Shown piece by piece: positions 50,359-63,214 of a DNA stretch of 64,000 nt (its first letter is position 1; each line of letters begins with the position of its first letter). This DNA is from Takakia lepidozioides (Eukaryota > Plantae > Bryophyta): NCBI GenBank assembly GCA_030704615.1, contig CM060731.1, forward strand, positions 25,420,001-25,484,000, in the 5' to 3' direction. The translations under genes and the position numbers were made by a program. The notes under the pieces were generated by a model. It made no database searches and was not told the DNA's origin. It worked only from the letters and a program-made list of their open reading frames with translations.

Positions 50359-53300
50359 ATGGTGGAGGCAGCAGCCATGCCGGCCTTCGGGCAGCGCGTG
50401 CGCGAGAGCACGGTTGCCAAGTTAGGGATTTGCATCACCGGCGTGGTGTCCTTGCTTGTCGTCTATGGCCTCATGCAGGTGCGCTCTCGATTTTCGTTTC
50501 ATGCCTTGTGTGTCTAGAGAGGGGGAGAGAGGGAGGTGTTCTTGCAAGTGAGCTCGATCTCGTGAATTATGGTCGAAGAGAGTGTGGGGTGGAGAGTTTG
50601 TAAGTTTCGTTGAAACGCACTTTACTTCGTGGCATTCAGAAACTTCTCGAGTGTCACACACGTTTCCATTATGCTTGGTAGTCACCTGTTTGGATGCGTA
50701 AGATCTCGAAATAGATTTCGTGCATTCTGCATTTTGAATCCAAACGTCAGATCCTGGAGTATAGGTCTGGATCAGGGGGCAGAAAGATATTGGATGTAAG
50801 ACCTGTGATTTGAATTGTTGTGGATGAATTGATTTGATATACGCATCAAAAGTGCACGGGGCGGATTTGAGATAGTTCGTTCATTTTCCCAGTAGGCTAT
50901 TTGGAATATCACCAGGACTTTTGTGTCTTTGGAGGAAGAAGAAACAGTTTACCATTGCGTCACTGCAATTTAGCTGATTTAGCCGGAGGTCTTCACTTGA
51001 TGCTAAGCAACTGGCTACGGAATAATTTGTCTGCCGAAATTCATTTGAGCCTGTGCAATTCGAGGCCTGTTTGTCCGTTGTATGTTCCTCCTGCTCGTGT
51101 GTGCCTGGGGATGGAGAGATGTGTCTGAACCCGTCCAGGCATGAATGTTGTCGATCATTTACCTTGATGGTGTACGCGCTCCAGTTTCCAAATCCTCCCT
51201 TGGCCATTTTTGTGGTTTATGGCATGACGGTTAGATTCACAGGCCTGATAATGAGATCTTGCACAGCTGACAACGATCTGGTGCCAGAATTCAGTCAGAA
51301 AGAGCCTCTTGGATAGCATAGCAGAAAGTGTGGTCTTGATTTCAGCGCTGCTACTGCAGCCCTTAGTAACCATAAACAAGGTGATGCATGGAGATGTAAT
51401 TGCACTATGTGAGGACCTAGGGGATGTATTGTGAAAAGAGAGGTGATATGAGAACAAATCTTTACTTGGTAGTTCAAAATCGAAGTGCTGACGGTGTTGG
51501 TGTGAACTGCTGCAGGAAAAGATCATGCGGGCACCATACGGGGAGGAGAAAGAGTACTTCAAGTACTCTCTGTTTATAGTCTTTTGCAACCGTCTTTTAA
51601 CCTGTATTGTTTGTGTATTAGTCATTTTGGTACGTTGCCCCTCTTTTACACCTCCATTTTGATCACTTGTTTTGGTAAGGTTCAGTACTATGCTGGAAAC
51701 TTGGTGTTCTTCGATCTGAGATCCAAGCACAAATTTTTTGACAAGGACATAAGGAAATAGGAAGGGCCATGGAACTGAATTGGTTGGTAATCCTGATACT
51801 TGTGAAACACAGGTGCGAAGAGGAGAGATGTGGCCAGTTGCACCATTGTACAAATATGGAGCTGTCTCTGTCTCTAATGTCTTGGCTACTATGTGCCAAT
51901 ATGAGGCAAGGCGATCCCCTGGCCTCCTAGCAATGCATTCCCTCTCCCTTTGCCTGATTTTTCAATATCGGAATGTCTCCCCTGCTCTTCTATTATATAT
52001 CTGTCCGCTCTCAGATAGCAGTAGCGTTGCCAAATCCAACATCACGCTTCTAGTATGATGTCAATGCTGCTAAATCCTCTCAAATTTCAATGTCAGCAGC
52101 TTTCACAAGGAATAGTAAAGGGATGAGTCATGAATGAGTACACACATATTTCTATTTCTCTTGTGTGCTCTCATTTTGGATTGTATTAATGCAGGCATTG
52201 AAGTATGTGAGCTTTCCAGTGCAGACACTTGCAAAGTGTGCAAAAATGATACCTGTAATGGTGAGCATGGCTTAATTTAAATTAGCGAGAGAGAATGTGA
52301 TTCTTACGTTTCCAAGTTAGTTCAGGCATCATCCTTTTTGTTATGGAATCCTATGAGTGGATAAGCTCTGGCCCATCCTTGTCTCCATCTGTCCTCCCAC
52401 CTCGCATTTCTTCTCTGTACAGCCGCACTTGGGGTCTGTACTACAAGGCTATTACAAGCAAAGTGAACAAGTACATCTTTTGTATAATAACTCTCCCTTC
52501 TCTTTTTCTGGCGGGGGTGTTTGCTCTCCCTAGCGTCACATCTCTTCTTCCGTCAGCAAGTTTCGCCCACTGCACTCAAGATTTAGACTATCATGTTGGT
52601 GAGCATCGACGATAATTTCATCTCATTCCAGTGATTATATCCATTAGAATGTGAGCAGTAAATTCTAGCAAAATTCCTTTTCAACTTGTTTTGAGGCCTG
52701 GTGTTTACATGGGGTGGCAGGTATGGGGCACTTTCATAATGCAGAAGAGGTACAGTAGTCGGGACTATTTGGTGGCGCTATGTGTGACAGCAGGCTGCAC
52801 TATATTCTTTCTAACTGCAGTATGACCATGTACTTCTTTTCTCTCCGGTGTTCCTCATGCACTGGCAGCTCTTTAATCTTTCAATATCTTTGTACCCTGC
52901 ATAGTCTGGTGTTTGAGCAATAATTGGGAATGCCAAGTTCAAAGCATTTACCTTCTCCAATGCTGAGATTGAGTTGATATCGGTGAAATGCCTATTGGAC
53001 AATTGAGGATTGAACAAAGATCTGGACAGCCTTCATTTCTTTTATATTCTCCATCCACTGGGTACCCTGAAGCATCGAAGCCAATCTGACTGTGTGGACG
53101 GCCTATCATCCAGCACAGCCAGGATTCTTTGAAAATGTTGCCGACAATATGGGCACTCCACCCTAATATGTTTTGGTCTATGGTGTGGGTATGCAGATTA
53201 CGCCAGTGGCAGTACCCTACAACCAGGAAGAAAGCAGTCTCTGGGGCGTTGTTCTCATGATTGGCTACCTTGGGTACCTCTATTCTCCTGTCCAATTGTA

Positions 53301-55729
53301 TTGACAGCTGACGTGGAATATCTGGTTGTAGAACTATCTTTTCTTGTGTCAGCTTCACTGTGGGCTCTGAGTATGGGAAGTTTATGATGTAAAAGCGTTC
53401 ATGCTGCCACTGAGGTTTGGTCATCAGGCTGAGTGGACATTTATGCTAAATTGTGAACAGAAGGTCCCAAAGAGCAGACCCAGATGTATATCGGAGGTTT
53501 CATGCTGTACAAATCTGGGTGTCAGCATGGTCCTACCAAACTGGATACCTGGTAGAAGAATGATGCAACAGAATCATGCCTTTGCAGCACCGTAGGATAA
53601 AATGTGCCTCCTGGCCAGGTCAAGGGTGCACTGCATATAACGTGCTGCTGACGCTTTTCTTCTTTTACTTAGTTGGTGCGAAATTCCTTGTCACTGTTCT
53701 CAGTTGATTTGAGCGAATGATAGGAGGTTGATGACCTCAGCTAGGAGAATGGCCCAGATACTGATGCTACCCAAGCTGTAGTAATGCCCCACTCTGTTTA
53801 TTGGTTGGATGATTGCAGGTTTGATGGGTTTACAAGTACGTTCCAAGACAAGTTGTTCAAGGGCTACAACATGGAAATCTTCAACCAGATCCTCTATGTC
53901 ACCATCTGTTCTTGTGTCCTCAGTGTAATTGGTAGAGCTCTTTGATGTGTCTCTCTCCCCTCCTTGTTGTCTCTTCATAAATTAAGCACAGCATTGTGGC
54001 AAGGATGAGCTTTGATGCCCACTCTGCCTTGTTGTATGAACTCGACTAAGAACAGTTTATTTTGTCTGAAGGGGGAGGATGGTTACCATTAGCTGATGTA
54101 TTAGTGGTGTGTTGGGGGGGATGACAGGGCTACTTACTCAAGGGCAGTGGTTGCTGGCAATGCAGTTTGTGGTCCGCCACCCCGACTGTCTCTTTGACAT
54201 CATGCTTCTCTCCCTGGTACACATTTCAGCACTGGTCAGATTGTGGTATTTTTGCAATTAGGCTATGTCTGGTTAGCTTTAAGTGGAGAGCCCAGCAGTT
54301 AGGACACTGGCACTCTACTGTAGGTTGCCCTGAGATGAAATCCTTTAGTGGTCCCTGTTGGAGGTGTTGCTTTGTGGTCTAGCCAACCAGGTGCAATTGT
54401 TTCTCTTTACTGCACAAGGTAATAGCTTCTGCATTACTAGGGGAGAATCAGGCACCACATATGTCCCTGCTGCATAGTAATCGGTCAATAGTACTTGCCC
54501 AGCTCTTAAAACAAGAGGTGCACTCATCTGGAGAAGGTAGCTCTGGTCCATATCTTCTGATACTTCTTATGTCAAAAATAGTTTAATCAATATTCGAGTA
54601 GATTTTCCATTCTCCATTCTTAACGTTGGATGGTGGTGGGCAGACAGCTACAACCAGCCAGTTCTTTATCTCCTACACCATACGCACATTTGGCGCGCTC
54701 TTGTTCGCCACAATCATGACGACAAGACAGGTGCTCTTTTGTCTCTTCCTGGTGCAGTGTACTGTAGTGGAGAACAGAAAGAGTTGCATAAGCTTCTCCG
54801 CTTTGCTATTTGAGGCTTACAGCCACAATGCACTTGGAAAGAGGTCCATACTGACATCATCAAAGGCTGGAATTGCCCAAAATATTCTTTCATGCAAGTG
54901 GCTCCCATTCCCAAGGAAATCTCCTCTACGAGCTGCCCCCTCCTCTCTTTCCTCCCCTAGGTTACATGGAACCTTAAGACTCCCAGTAAGCATCATATAT
55001 TATGATGTCTGGGGGCCTGGGTGCTCATTATAGTATGCTTGTTGTAGCTAGTTTGGATGGAGAGAATCTCCTCAGAAGACGTTGTCTGCCACAGCCTTGT
55101 GCCATAGATCCCGCGCCCAGCTTGGACGGAACAAAAGAGAACAGACACTACCTTTGTGAGGGGCTCACTCCAGTAGACTGACCTTGATATAAACAATTAG
55201 TTCGGGTTTTCCAGATTTCCTCCAGAAAGTCCTTCCCACGAGCATCAATCTGCTGTATATGAGCTGCCCAGCCATTAGACCCCAGCAGGGTCACTGCTCA
55301 ACCTCAAGATTTTGAAAGTTGGTGAACAGAGGTGCAGGGACTAAGGTCTTGATGGTCCTCAAGAGGGTCGCTCTCTGATGAGAACACCTGGGACTTTGTA
55401 TCAGAAAATGGAATCTTCAGGCTGCCCGGACATCGGGCATTGACAATCTCCCTTTCCTCTCTGCATCTGTTTATTGTTTAAAGTTAGATTCCACGCCCTG
55501 AGTTGAAATTCAGTCTGGTGCCAAGGGTAGGTAGGCCCTTCAGATCAGGGATGGAGAGGACATACTCATAACACATTGTTTGCTGTGGCGTTGTGGCCAT
55601 AGACCCTGTGCCCAGTTTGGGCAGAACAAGAGGGAACTCAGGAATGGAGAGAATGTACTCATGAGACTTTGTTTGCTGTAGCCTTGTGGCCATAGGCCCC
55701 ATGCCCAGTTTGGTCGGAAGTCAGGGATG

Positions 55730-55760
<31 letters not shown>

Positions 55761-56735
55761 AGAAAATGGGTGATATATTTGTTGGAGTTAGGATGAAGCA
55801 AGGCTAGAGGGTGGAGAGGGTTAGATAGTTATGTGCCTTCAACAATAAAGCTAATTTTGTACTTGCAGATATCCAAGAATTTCTGTACAAGAGATGGCCT
55901 CACTGACTGTTCCCTGTGAATTTTGCTATGACTTAGCTTGAGGCCATACTTGTGGTGCTCCGAGTGGGAATTGAGCCCTCAGCTGGCTAATTCAGAGTTT
56001 CCAGAGCAGTCATGTACAGTTGACAACAATTTGGTCACATGGAAATTGACTGATGTATAGGCCAGTGCTGCCATCATACAAAAAAGAATTAGCTTCCTTA
56101 GCCCCCAATCCAACACACATGTGGCTCATTAGCAGTCACAGAGGAGGAACAAATAGAATTTAGTGTGAGAGAAACTTTAAAGAAGTAGCTTAAAAATGAG
56201 GGAGCGATAGAGAAACAAGGGATGTTGACCAAATGTCATTGTGTGTGGGAGGGTGCAGCTCATCAGCATAATGCTGTCATGTATATGGTTTTCACATCCC
56301 CTAAGTCTCCGACAGTGGACTGGAGCGGTGCACTCCTTTACCTTTTCTTTTTCTTGATCCAATCAACCTCTGAACTACACAGATCTGCTAGAAATCACTG
56401 CAGTCATCCTCCTTGCTGTACTGTCCCGTTTCTGCTCTGCACCAATTTGTCACACAACCAGGAGGGGTATGAGTTTAAATGGATTTTACATTGCGACAAC
56501 AGATGCATCCAATGTGCTGGAGATGCCTTATTTAGTTGCTAGTACCCAAAAATTTGGGTTTGAACGAAGCGAAATGACTCGTATCATAAAATCTTCCTGG
56601 TTTACCTGAGGAATTATCATCAAGCAGCCACCTCCTAACAGAAGCAATCTTTTTATATCATAGATCCCACCTCTAAAAAGAGACAGTACCTGCAAGGGGA
56701 AGAGGCTCTTATTTACCCTACTTCGGTTGGCATCA

Positions 56736-56768
<33 letters not shown>

Positions 56769-57030
56769 ATGGAGATGGCTCTAAGCAAATTCTTGTCAAG
56801 TGGTGAGATTGTGGTTTGGATGTTTTCTGCTTTTATGTTGTGGACAGGCCCTGGTGTTCGGCGCTCTCTACAGCAAGTCATATTTTAATTCTAAAAACCT
56901 TACCAATAGTGCAGAGCGGTTGATTCTCCAGGCCCCAAAAGGAAGTAATGGGGTTGAACATTTGGCTCTTCACAAGGGGGGCAATGATGAGTTGGAAGGT
57001 GACAAGTTCACTATAAGAACAGCCAGTTGA
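50359..57030 (+). CDS. UTR5: UAA/SLC35B-family nucleotide-sugar transporter (UDP-galactose transporter 5-like); 11 exons, 369 aa
   Basis: Exons 50359-50478, 51516-51629, 51813-51905, 52195-52260, 52721-52819, 53197-53273, 53819-53931, 54128-54216, 54644-54730, 56259-56327 and 56848-57030 splice in frame. They give [94 protein letters not shown]. Confidence 0.95.
55065..55730. repeat. Dispersed repeat in intron 9 of the transporter gene plus two partial internal duplications
   Basis: 55065-55390 aligns by eye to 41260-41595. GGATGGAGAG...TGTGGCCATAG...TGCCCAGTTTGG-like units recur at ~55548 and ~55640, ending in a (GA)n tract. Confidence 0.75.
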
Positions 57031-57354
57031 CATGCATTGACTGTGAACACTTTCAAGTGACAAGAAGTTGAAAAGTGTATGTTACCTTGTCGGTTTTACT
57101 TGCACTCAATTTGGGGATAATGCTGTACTTCTTTGGCAGATCACCTTGCAAGGTATTGAGACAGGAGGCAGTCATCAGGCCTTTAGGCATTGATTCATTT
57201 TTAGGAGAAAACTGCGTTGATGTCGTTTGATACAAATTTGCCAGTGGATACCTGGGAATTAACCCTGGTAGGTTGTCCTTGCAACTTGGTATTGACTACT
57301 GACAGTGAAACAGGCCTGTAGGCATTGCGTTATTTTTATGAGAAAACTTCATAA

Positions 57355-58098
57355 ATGTTTGACCTTTCTGTGGTGTCCATTCTGCTGAACATTGAGGATG
57401 GTAAAATCGTCCGTTCTTGCCCTGTTTGGGATGCTTTAAGAGGCTCTGTTCTGTGGCATCTCTGGAAAATGCGGTGTTCATGGGTCTTTCAAGGGACAGC
57501 TCCTTGTTTGCAGAAGGTTTTGTATGGGGTTCACTCAGACTTAATGTCTGAGGCCCGTAAATCCTGGTTGGTTCTGTCTGCAGCAGCTCTTCTGATCAGG
57601 TGCGGGAGAAGGAGGAGATCCCAACTGCTCGTGGCCTTCGATTTCTCTTGGGGTAAAGGAAGTGTCCTCTGCAGGAGGATTTCAAGCTCTTGAGTTCAGG
57701 GGAACTACTCTGTCCCGTCCTGCTGGCAGTTCACTTAGTGCTAGGCAGTCTCCAATTGATATTGAGGAGGGTGAGGTGAATTGGCGCCATCGGCGCAGCC
57801 TTAGGAAGGGCAAATCCAAAGCGCAGTTATCTTTCGACCAACCTAAACGTAAAAGGAGTAGCATGTTGTTCAGACTCATGTGGCTTGTTCTTCAAGCTCA
57901 TAAGGCTCCTTGCCTTCTTTCCTTCCTTCTGCTATCACCCTTCTCCTTTCTTTCTTTTGCTTAGAACTTTGGCCACGCAGCGGTGTCTCCTTTATTCGCC
58001 TTATGGCTTTGTAAGGTTATTTTGTCCTTACCTTTATTAATAAAATCTATCAGGCCTCTATCCCATGAGGAAAAAATAAATAAACAAATAAGAATAAA
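57355..58098 (+). mobile_element. 5'-truncated LINE relic of the same clade as 27100-34290
   Basis: CPVWDALRGSVLWHLWKMRC versus CPVYDTLRSATLWHLWKIRC. GCCTTATGGC at 57998, AATAAA and an A-rich tail. Confidence 0.8.
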
Positions 58099-58459
58099 TG
58101 GTACATGTGGCTTGTATTCGTGATAAGGTGTCATTTCTCAAAATTCAGTGTTCTGGACAACATATTCTCATAGCTGTTCGATGTCACTGATAGGGCAAGC
58201 TTGTTGAACCGACGGGTCTACCGGAGCCTGTTCCACAGCGTAATTGGTGTTTTCACCGCGCTGATAGTACCTAAGGTCATGTCTCATTGTTGTTCCATAA
58301 AGTGCTTGGTGTGGAAGAATATCCGCATAGCTTTATAAAAAGGCCCAAGTGGGGTGACTGTACAAATGGGTAAAACTGTCCTCAAGAGAGAAACAAAATG
58401 CCGCAGAGCTACATAGCTAGATGTATTGACAAAAAGAAATCAAACTATTTTAGTGTCAC

Positions 58460-59770
58460 CTACTGCCTGAAGAGGTTAGACAATAGGAACGATGATGGGT
58501 CAAAAAGTGCTCGGAGGCGAGCTAAAGCCGCCCCAGCAACCTCTGCCCGACGCAAAAGAGAGAGATCTTGAGCCTTTTGTAAAGCAATATAAACTCGTTG
58601 TCTAAATAAAGCACTAGAATAGAGACGTTTGGGCTTCCCACGCTTCTCCGCGATGGGCACATGTGCGAAAGAAGTCGTTGAACTGATGATGCAAACAACC
58701 AAATATCTCGACTGCCAAGGGGAGGAATATGTTTGTGGAGTAATGTGTCCGATAGTCGCGCTCATTTCCCTGTGCAGCTACCGAAGCAACAACTCCCTGT
58801 GATGAGGTTGTGCAGGGAAGGAGATCTGGCCTTGTAGGATCAGCAATGACAACGTCTGCCAATGTACGCAATCCGTCGTGAGAGAAAACAATGTCAACCC
58901 GCCGTCGAGTAGAATGGTGATCGTGGGTTGATGGGAGTACGTGTACCTACTCTCGAAGAACATGGAATCCCGCATCACGACCAACCACAGCTGCTGCATC
59001 CCGGATGACGTCATGAGTCGCAGTGCGCTCTCCACCGCAAGGGCAACGAAGAAGATGTACGCCGAGTGAGTCGATAGGATGGAAACAGCCACACCGTTGT
59101 AGTCCTAATGCAGAGGGATGCGGCTGACCAAGTCGAACTCGTAGGGAGGTGGTAAAAACAGTAGATGACATACAGAATGGTGCAATGGTGGGTCGTACCA
59201 TGAGCCACACGCCTGCTCCGAGCCCAACGCATGAGAGAAGTATGGCCCGATGTGTATCTGAAGGAGCGTCGAAAAAGCATGCTGAAGAACGAGTGTCGGT
59301 GCACACGATCCATGATGGTGTCATGTAAGTGCTCCAGACCTTGAGTGACCAACTGCTCAAAAGGTGGCAGACAAGCTCGTGCTTGTATCGGAAGGAAATC
59401 CCGCGTTGAACAAAGATGTTGCTGGAAAGGCAGGGAGCCATCGTCGATGTGGGCAACAACGTCCATGAGAAAAAGGCGTTGCTGACACAGAAACCAAGAT
59501 GCCAAGGCTAGAGCGACTAAGGCCCAATTACCTAAGAAGGCAGCAGGGCAGTGATGACTGTGGATAGGACGCCTACTCTTCCCGAAGAGATGTGGAGGGT
59601 AGCGTGATGAGATGCCAATGAGCCCTGGTCACCATCGAATGCACCTGGGCCAATAGACGACCGAAAATCCTCATGACAATCGTGTCGAAAAAAGACAGAA
59701 TCTCCAAAAACTGGGGAGTGGGGGGAAATAACGCAAAAGATATGAAGGTCGATGTTAAAAACATTTGGTA
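58460..59770 (-). mobile_element. Degenerate CRE-like non-LTR retrotransposon C-terminus (zinc knuckle plus restriction-like endonuclease)
   Basis: LRVRLG..., CGC..PIDSLGVHLLRC, RTATHDVIRD, RRVDIVF...LADVVIADP, RDY...FLPLAVEIFGCL, FRQRVYIALQKAQ across frameshifts. Confidence 0.78.
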
Positions 59771-60527
59771 AGAATGCCCTCGCTACCTACATATCCCCTA
59801 CCTACATATCCCCTAGTTTGGGAAAAAGCTCTATATCACAATGTGGGGTCCACACGTCCACAGAGTCCCTTGTTTGTGCCCTACCATTAACATATAGGAA
59901 CGGGCCTCTAAAACACCCGGAAACAGACACCAAAAGCGGTTACAGAATTGGAACGAACTTTGAAAAATCAAAGTTGCAGGGAAGTTAAAGTTGAACGGAC
60001 GTTGGATGGAAGTTGAGAATGAACGAAAACCGAATGGAATTTAGAGAACGGATGAAAAGAAATAATGGACGGCCTGGATGAGATCTCGCCGATCCTACGG
60101 CTGTGGGGAAATGAGGGTGTGGGGGGCAGTGGACGGCTTGGATCTCTTCATGCGATCTAATGGTAACGATTACATAATATTGGATGGCTCGGATCCATTC
60201 GGGAGATCCTCGGGCTGTTGGAGACTTAGGGTTTGGTGGGATGACTTCCCCGGTGGCCCTCCTCCCTTGTTTTTTACAGTTTTCTCTTTAGCTCTCTTCA
60301 TCTCTCTCCTCTTGCTCTCATTCTCTCGTTCACTGGTCTCACCCACTCTCCCCGTCTTGTAAGTCCTTGGCTCCCACCAAGATGGGAGCCATGTAGGGAT
60401 GAGAGGATGTGTCTCAGGATACAAAGAGCCATAACTTAAAGATAACTATTACTAAATATAACTGATTTCCCTGGATTGCGTCGCTCTGCTCCCGTGTTTC
60501 CTTCTTGGCGCTCCTCTCTCCCTCAAA

Positions 60528-63123
60528 ATGGCTTGCATTTGGCTTAAGAGTACTGACGATAAGCAGAAGCCGTGGATTGAGATGGGGAATGATCTAGGGT
60601 TGCTGGATGCATCCGGCATCGCAGAAAAAATTCACGTGCGACCTGACACCCTCACAGCGGGAGATATCCGCGGCAAGAACCTTACAATCAGATCCATCAT
60701 CTCTTTTGGGAGAAGGAGAAGACGTAGGCGCTACCAAAGAGCATGCGGTGGTTGTCGATGGGGAGCCGACAGATTGGACAGGTCTTGTGGCTTGAATGAG
60801 GATACATGTGATTTTTTTTTTATTAGCTACAACCATGAAGTGACTAAGTCTCCCCGTTGCATGAGGGTTATATTGGTGGCAAGGAATCTGATTCAGCCTG
60901 TTCAATTTTCTTGATCAATAATGTGGGGGTGTTTTATTCGCAGGTGAATATGAGGGTTTTAAGAGAAGAAAAATCTCTGGACTACCTGAAACCATCATTT
61001 CAGGTATGCTAATTTTCTCTCACAAATTTTTCATTTTATCACACTTTCATACTTGTTTCTATATGACTCTATTGTATTATCTTGATGTCAGCAGGAGCAG
61101 CACCACCAACCGGAGTAGCAACATCTACAACTACAAATTTGATGTTGTGGCACTTGCGGATCTCTTCGCCTAAGAAGTTGGCCGATTGCATCGTCTAGCG
61201 AGTTGCAGCAAACTCATCAAACTCATCATTTGAGGATCCCAACACATTATTCAAGCTGCCTTTTCCCACACTTGCGGGCATACCCGACCGTACCGTTTTA
61301 AGACTGAGGGTAGCTCGAGGGTAGCTCGTGGTCCGCCTGAGAAATATCGAGAAGTGCGAAATGCACTTTTAAGGTTGAGACCTACAGGAGCTGAAGGTGA
61401 TTGTCCACCAGATTTGCCTGTGAAGGCAGATGCAACTAACGAAGAATTGTATGATCACTCAGAAGCGTATTGTGGGGCAACCTTGGCACTGGAATGTCGC
61501 ATATTTTAGCGGCACTAGCATGTGATTTGATGTGCGCATTCCGTAAGAAGGCCACTGGGGAGCAGCAATACCAGCGGGCTGTGTACCTACCTGACTGCCG
61601 TAAGCTCCTGCATGACGACGAATGCCTGATTCTTGAAATGCAGAAGGCATTAATCTTAGCCTATGCAGATGATAGTGCAACATGCATGCGAATAGCCGCA
61701 TTGCCAGATGATGTGTCCGTGGTGAATTTTTACAAACAAGAGGCAAGTAAAGGTGTTCATATTTACTTGATAGTTGATCAGGACAATGAGTTGGACCCTA
61801 CTGATGATGCGCAAAACGCAGAGAGGGCAGCAGCACGCAAACTGATCATGAGATGTACCTCTTTTCATGTAATCCTTCGGGGTGCATCTGCAAACAATGA
61901 TAGTTGTCAGAAGTGGAAAGTAAAACAATTGAATATAGCCAAGATCTGGCTTTTTGGTGGATTTACAGAGAAAGAGTATAGCTGTTGGAAGCGGCACTTT
62001 GCAACCCCGCAAATCAACGTCAGCCATGGAAGTTGGTGGAACAGACCCGATTGCAAGTAGAATGGTGTTGTTAGAGGAGGAGGAAGAGAGGGTGAAGGAT
62101 GCAACAGGTTGTCTTCCACTATTTTTACAATGTTGGTGTGTAAAGGAACCTAATGAGACACCAGAGAAGAAATGGGAGAGGTTTATCTACATGCCAGAGG
62201 TTACTGCAGCATGACATGTTTTACGGATACAGTTGCGCACGAAGCTAGCAAATAGTCCCCTAAAGGAATTTTTTTGTGATATGTATATGTCATTCACCAC
62301 TGGGGACAAAGTGCAAGCAATTGAGACAGCCTATGATTGCCAATATCTTTATGTAGACACCTCGCAGACTGGCAGATGTGTGTGTGGGTTGGTCAGGAAC
62401 ATCCTAGCCGAGGAAATTCAACATATTGACCGAGATATCTTTTTGGATTCCAAATGGAAGTCGGCCATCTCTAGGGAAAGCCAAGAGCCACAACCTAATC
62501 TTTCTTTATTGCTGGCGCAAGCATGGAAGAGTGGAGTCCCGCTGTATGCAGAGAATGTCAAAACTCTCGACAACATTGTATAGTTTAACTCCAAGCAAGA
62601 AAGCACTTTGGGCTTGGTAGAGGGGTGCATAATTGTATGTCCCATCAGCATTCAATAACAAAAGGGTGGATGCCATTGTCCGAGAAGGGGCTCCAAGATC
62701 TAAACCTGTTCGTAAGGTTGTTGCTTCCTTGAAAGAATTAACAGGGGCTAGTCAACCATTGGCGGATATCTTGAAATCTTATGAGAACCGAAACTTGCAT
62801 GTTGCAGCAGTGCCGATCACCATTGGAGATCTCGGCAAGCACGAGCTCAGCAAAAGAATTCTGGAGCCCAGAAGTCAGCGATGTTTGGTTTCAAGATGAG
62901 AATGCAGAAGAGGCTGCCAAGTGGTTTATTTGGTATGCAAGGGCATCTTGCATAAAAAACAAGAGCATGCTGCAGAGGAGATGAATCCCTATATGTATGC
63001 TGGGAGGGAAATTCAGGGCACAACGAGGAAGATGTTGGTGAAGGAGAGTGCCACGTCACTGTGCTTCTGCCTGTTGAGCAATTTGAGCCGTCTTTGAAGT
63101 ACCTTAAGGGAAACATGGACTGA
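60528..63123 (+). pseudogene. Crinkler/CR-like P-loop NTPase plus restriction-endonuclease-fold gene, pseudogenised
   Basis: Short spliced header exons (60528-~60781, ~60944-61003), then DPNTLFKLPFP, Walker-A-like WGNLGTGMSHILAALAC, AVYLPDCR, Walker-B-like LIVDQDNELD, GASANN, LFGGFTEKE..W, DATGCLPLFL. C-terminal YVPSAFNNKRVDAI...VPITIG...KH. Several stops and frameshifts. Confidence 0.72.
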
Positions 63124-63214
63124 CTGAGTTTCTGACGATATATTGTGTCAGTCACTGCAGTGCTGATGGAAAAAGATCGGGAGACAGGAAATGGCACAGG
63201 CAACGTCTTCCCCA

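Noticed and set aside
55940-56015. tRNA-like 3' half on the minus strand (GGGCTCAATTCCCACTCGGAGCACCA)
   Set aside because: No convincing A box or acceptor-stem partner; at most a degenerate tRNA or SINE remnant.
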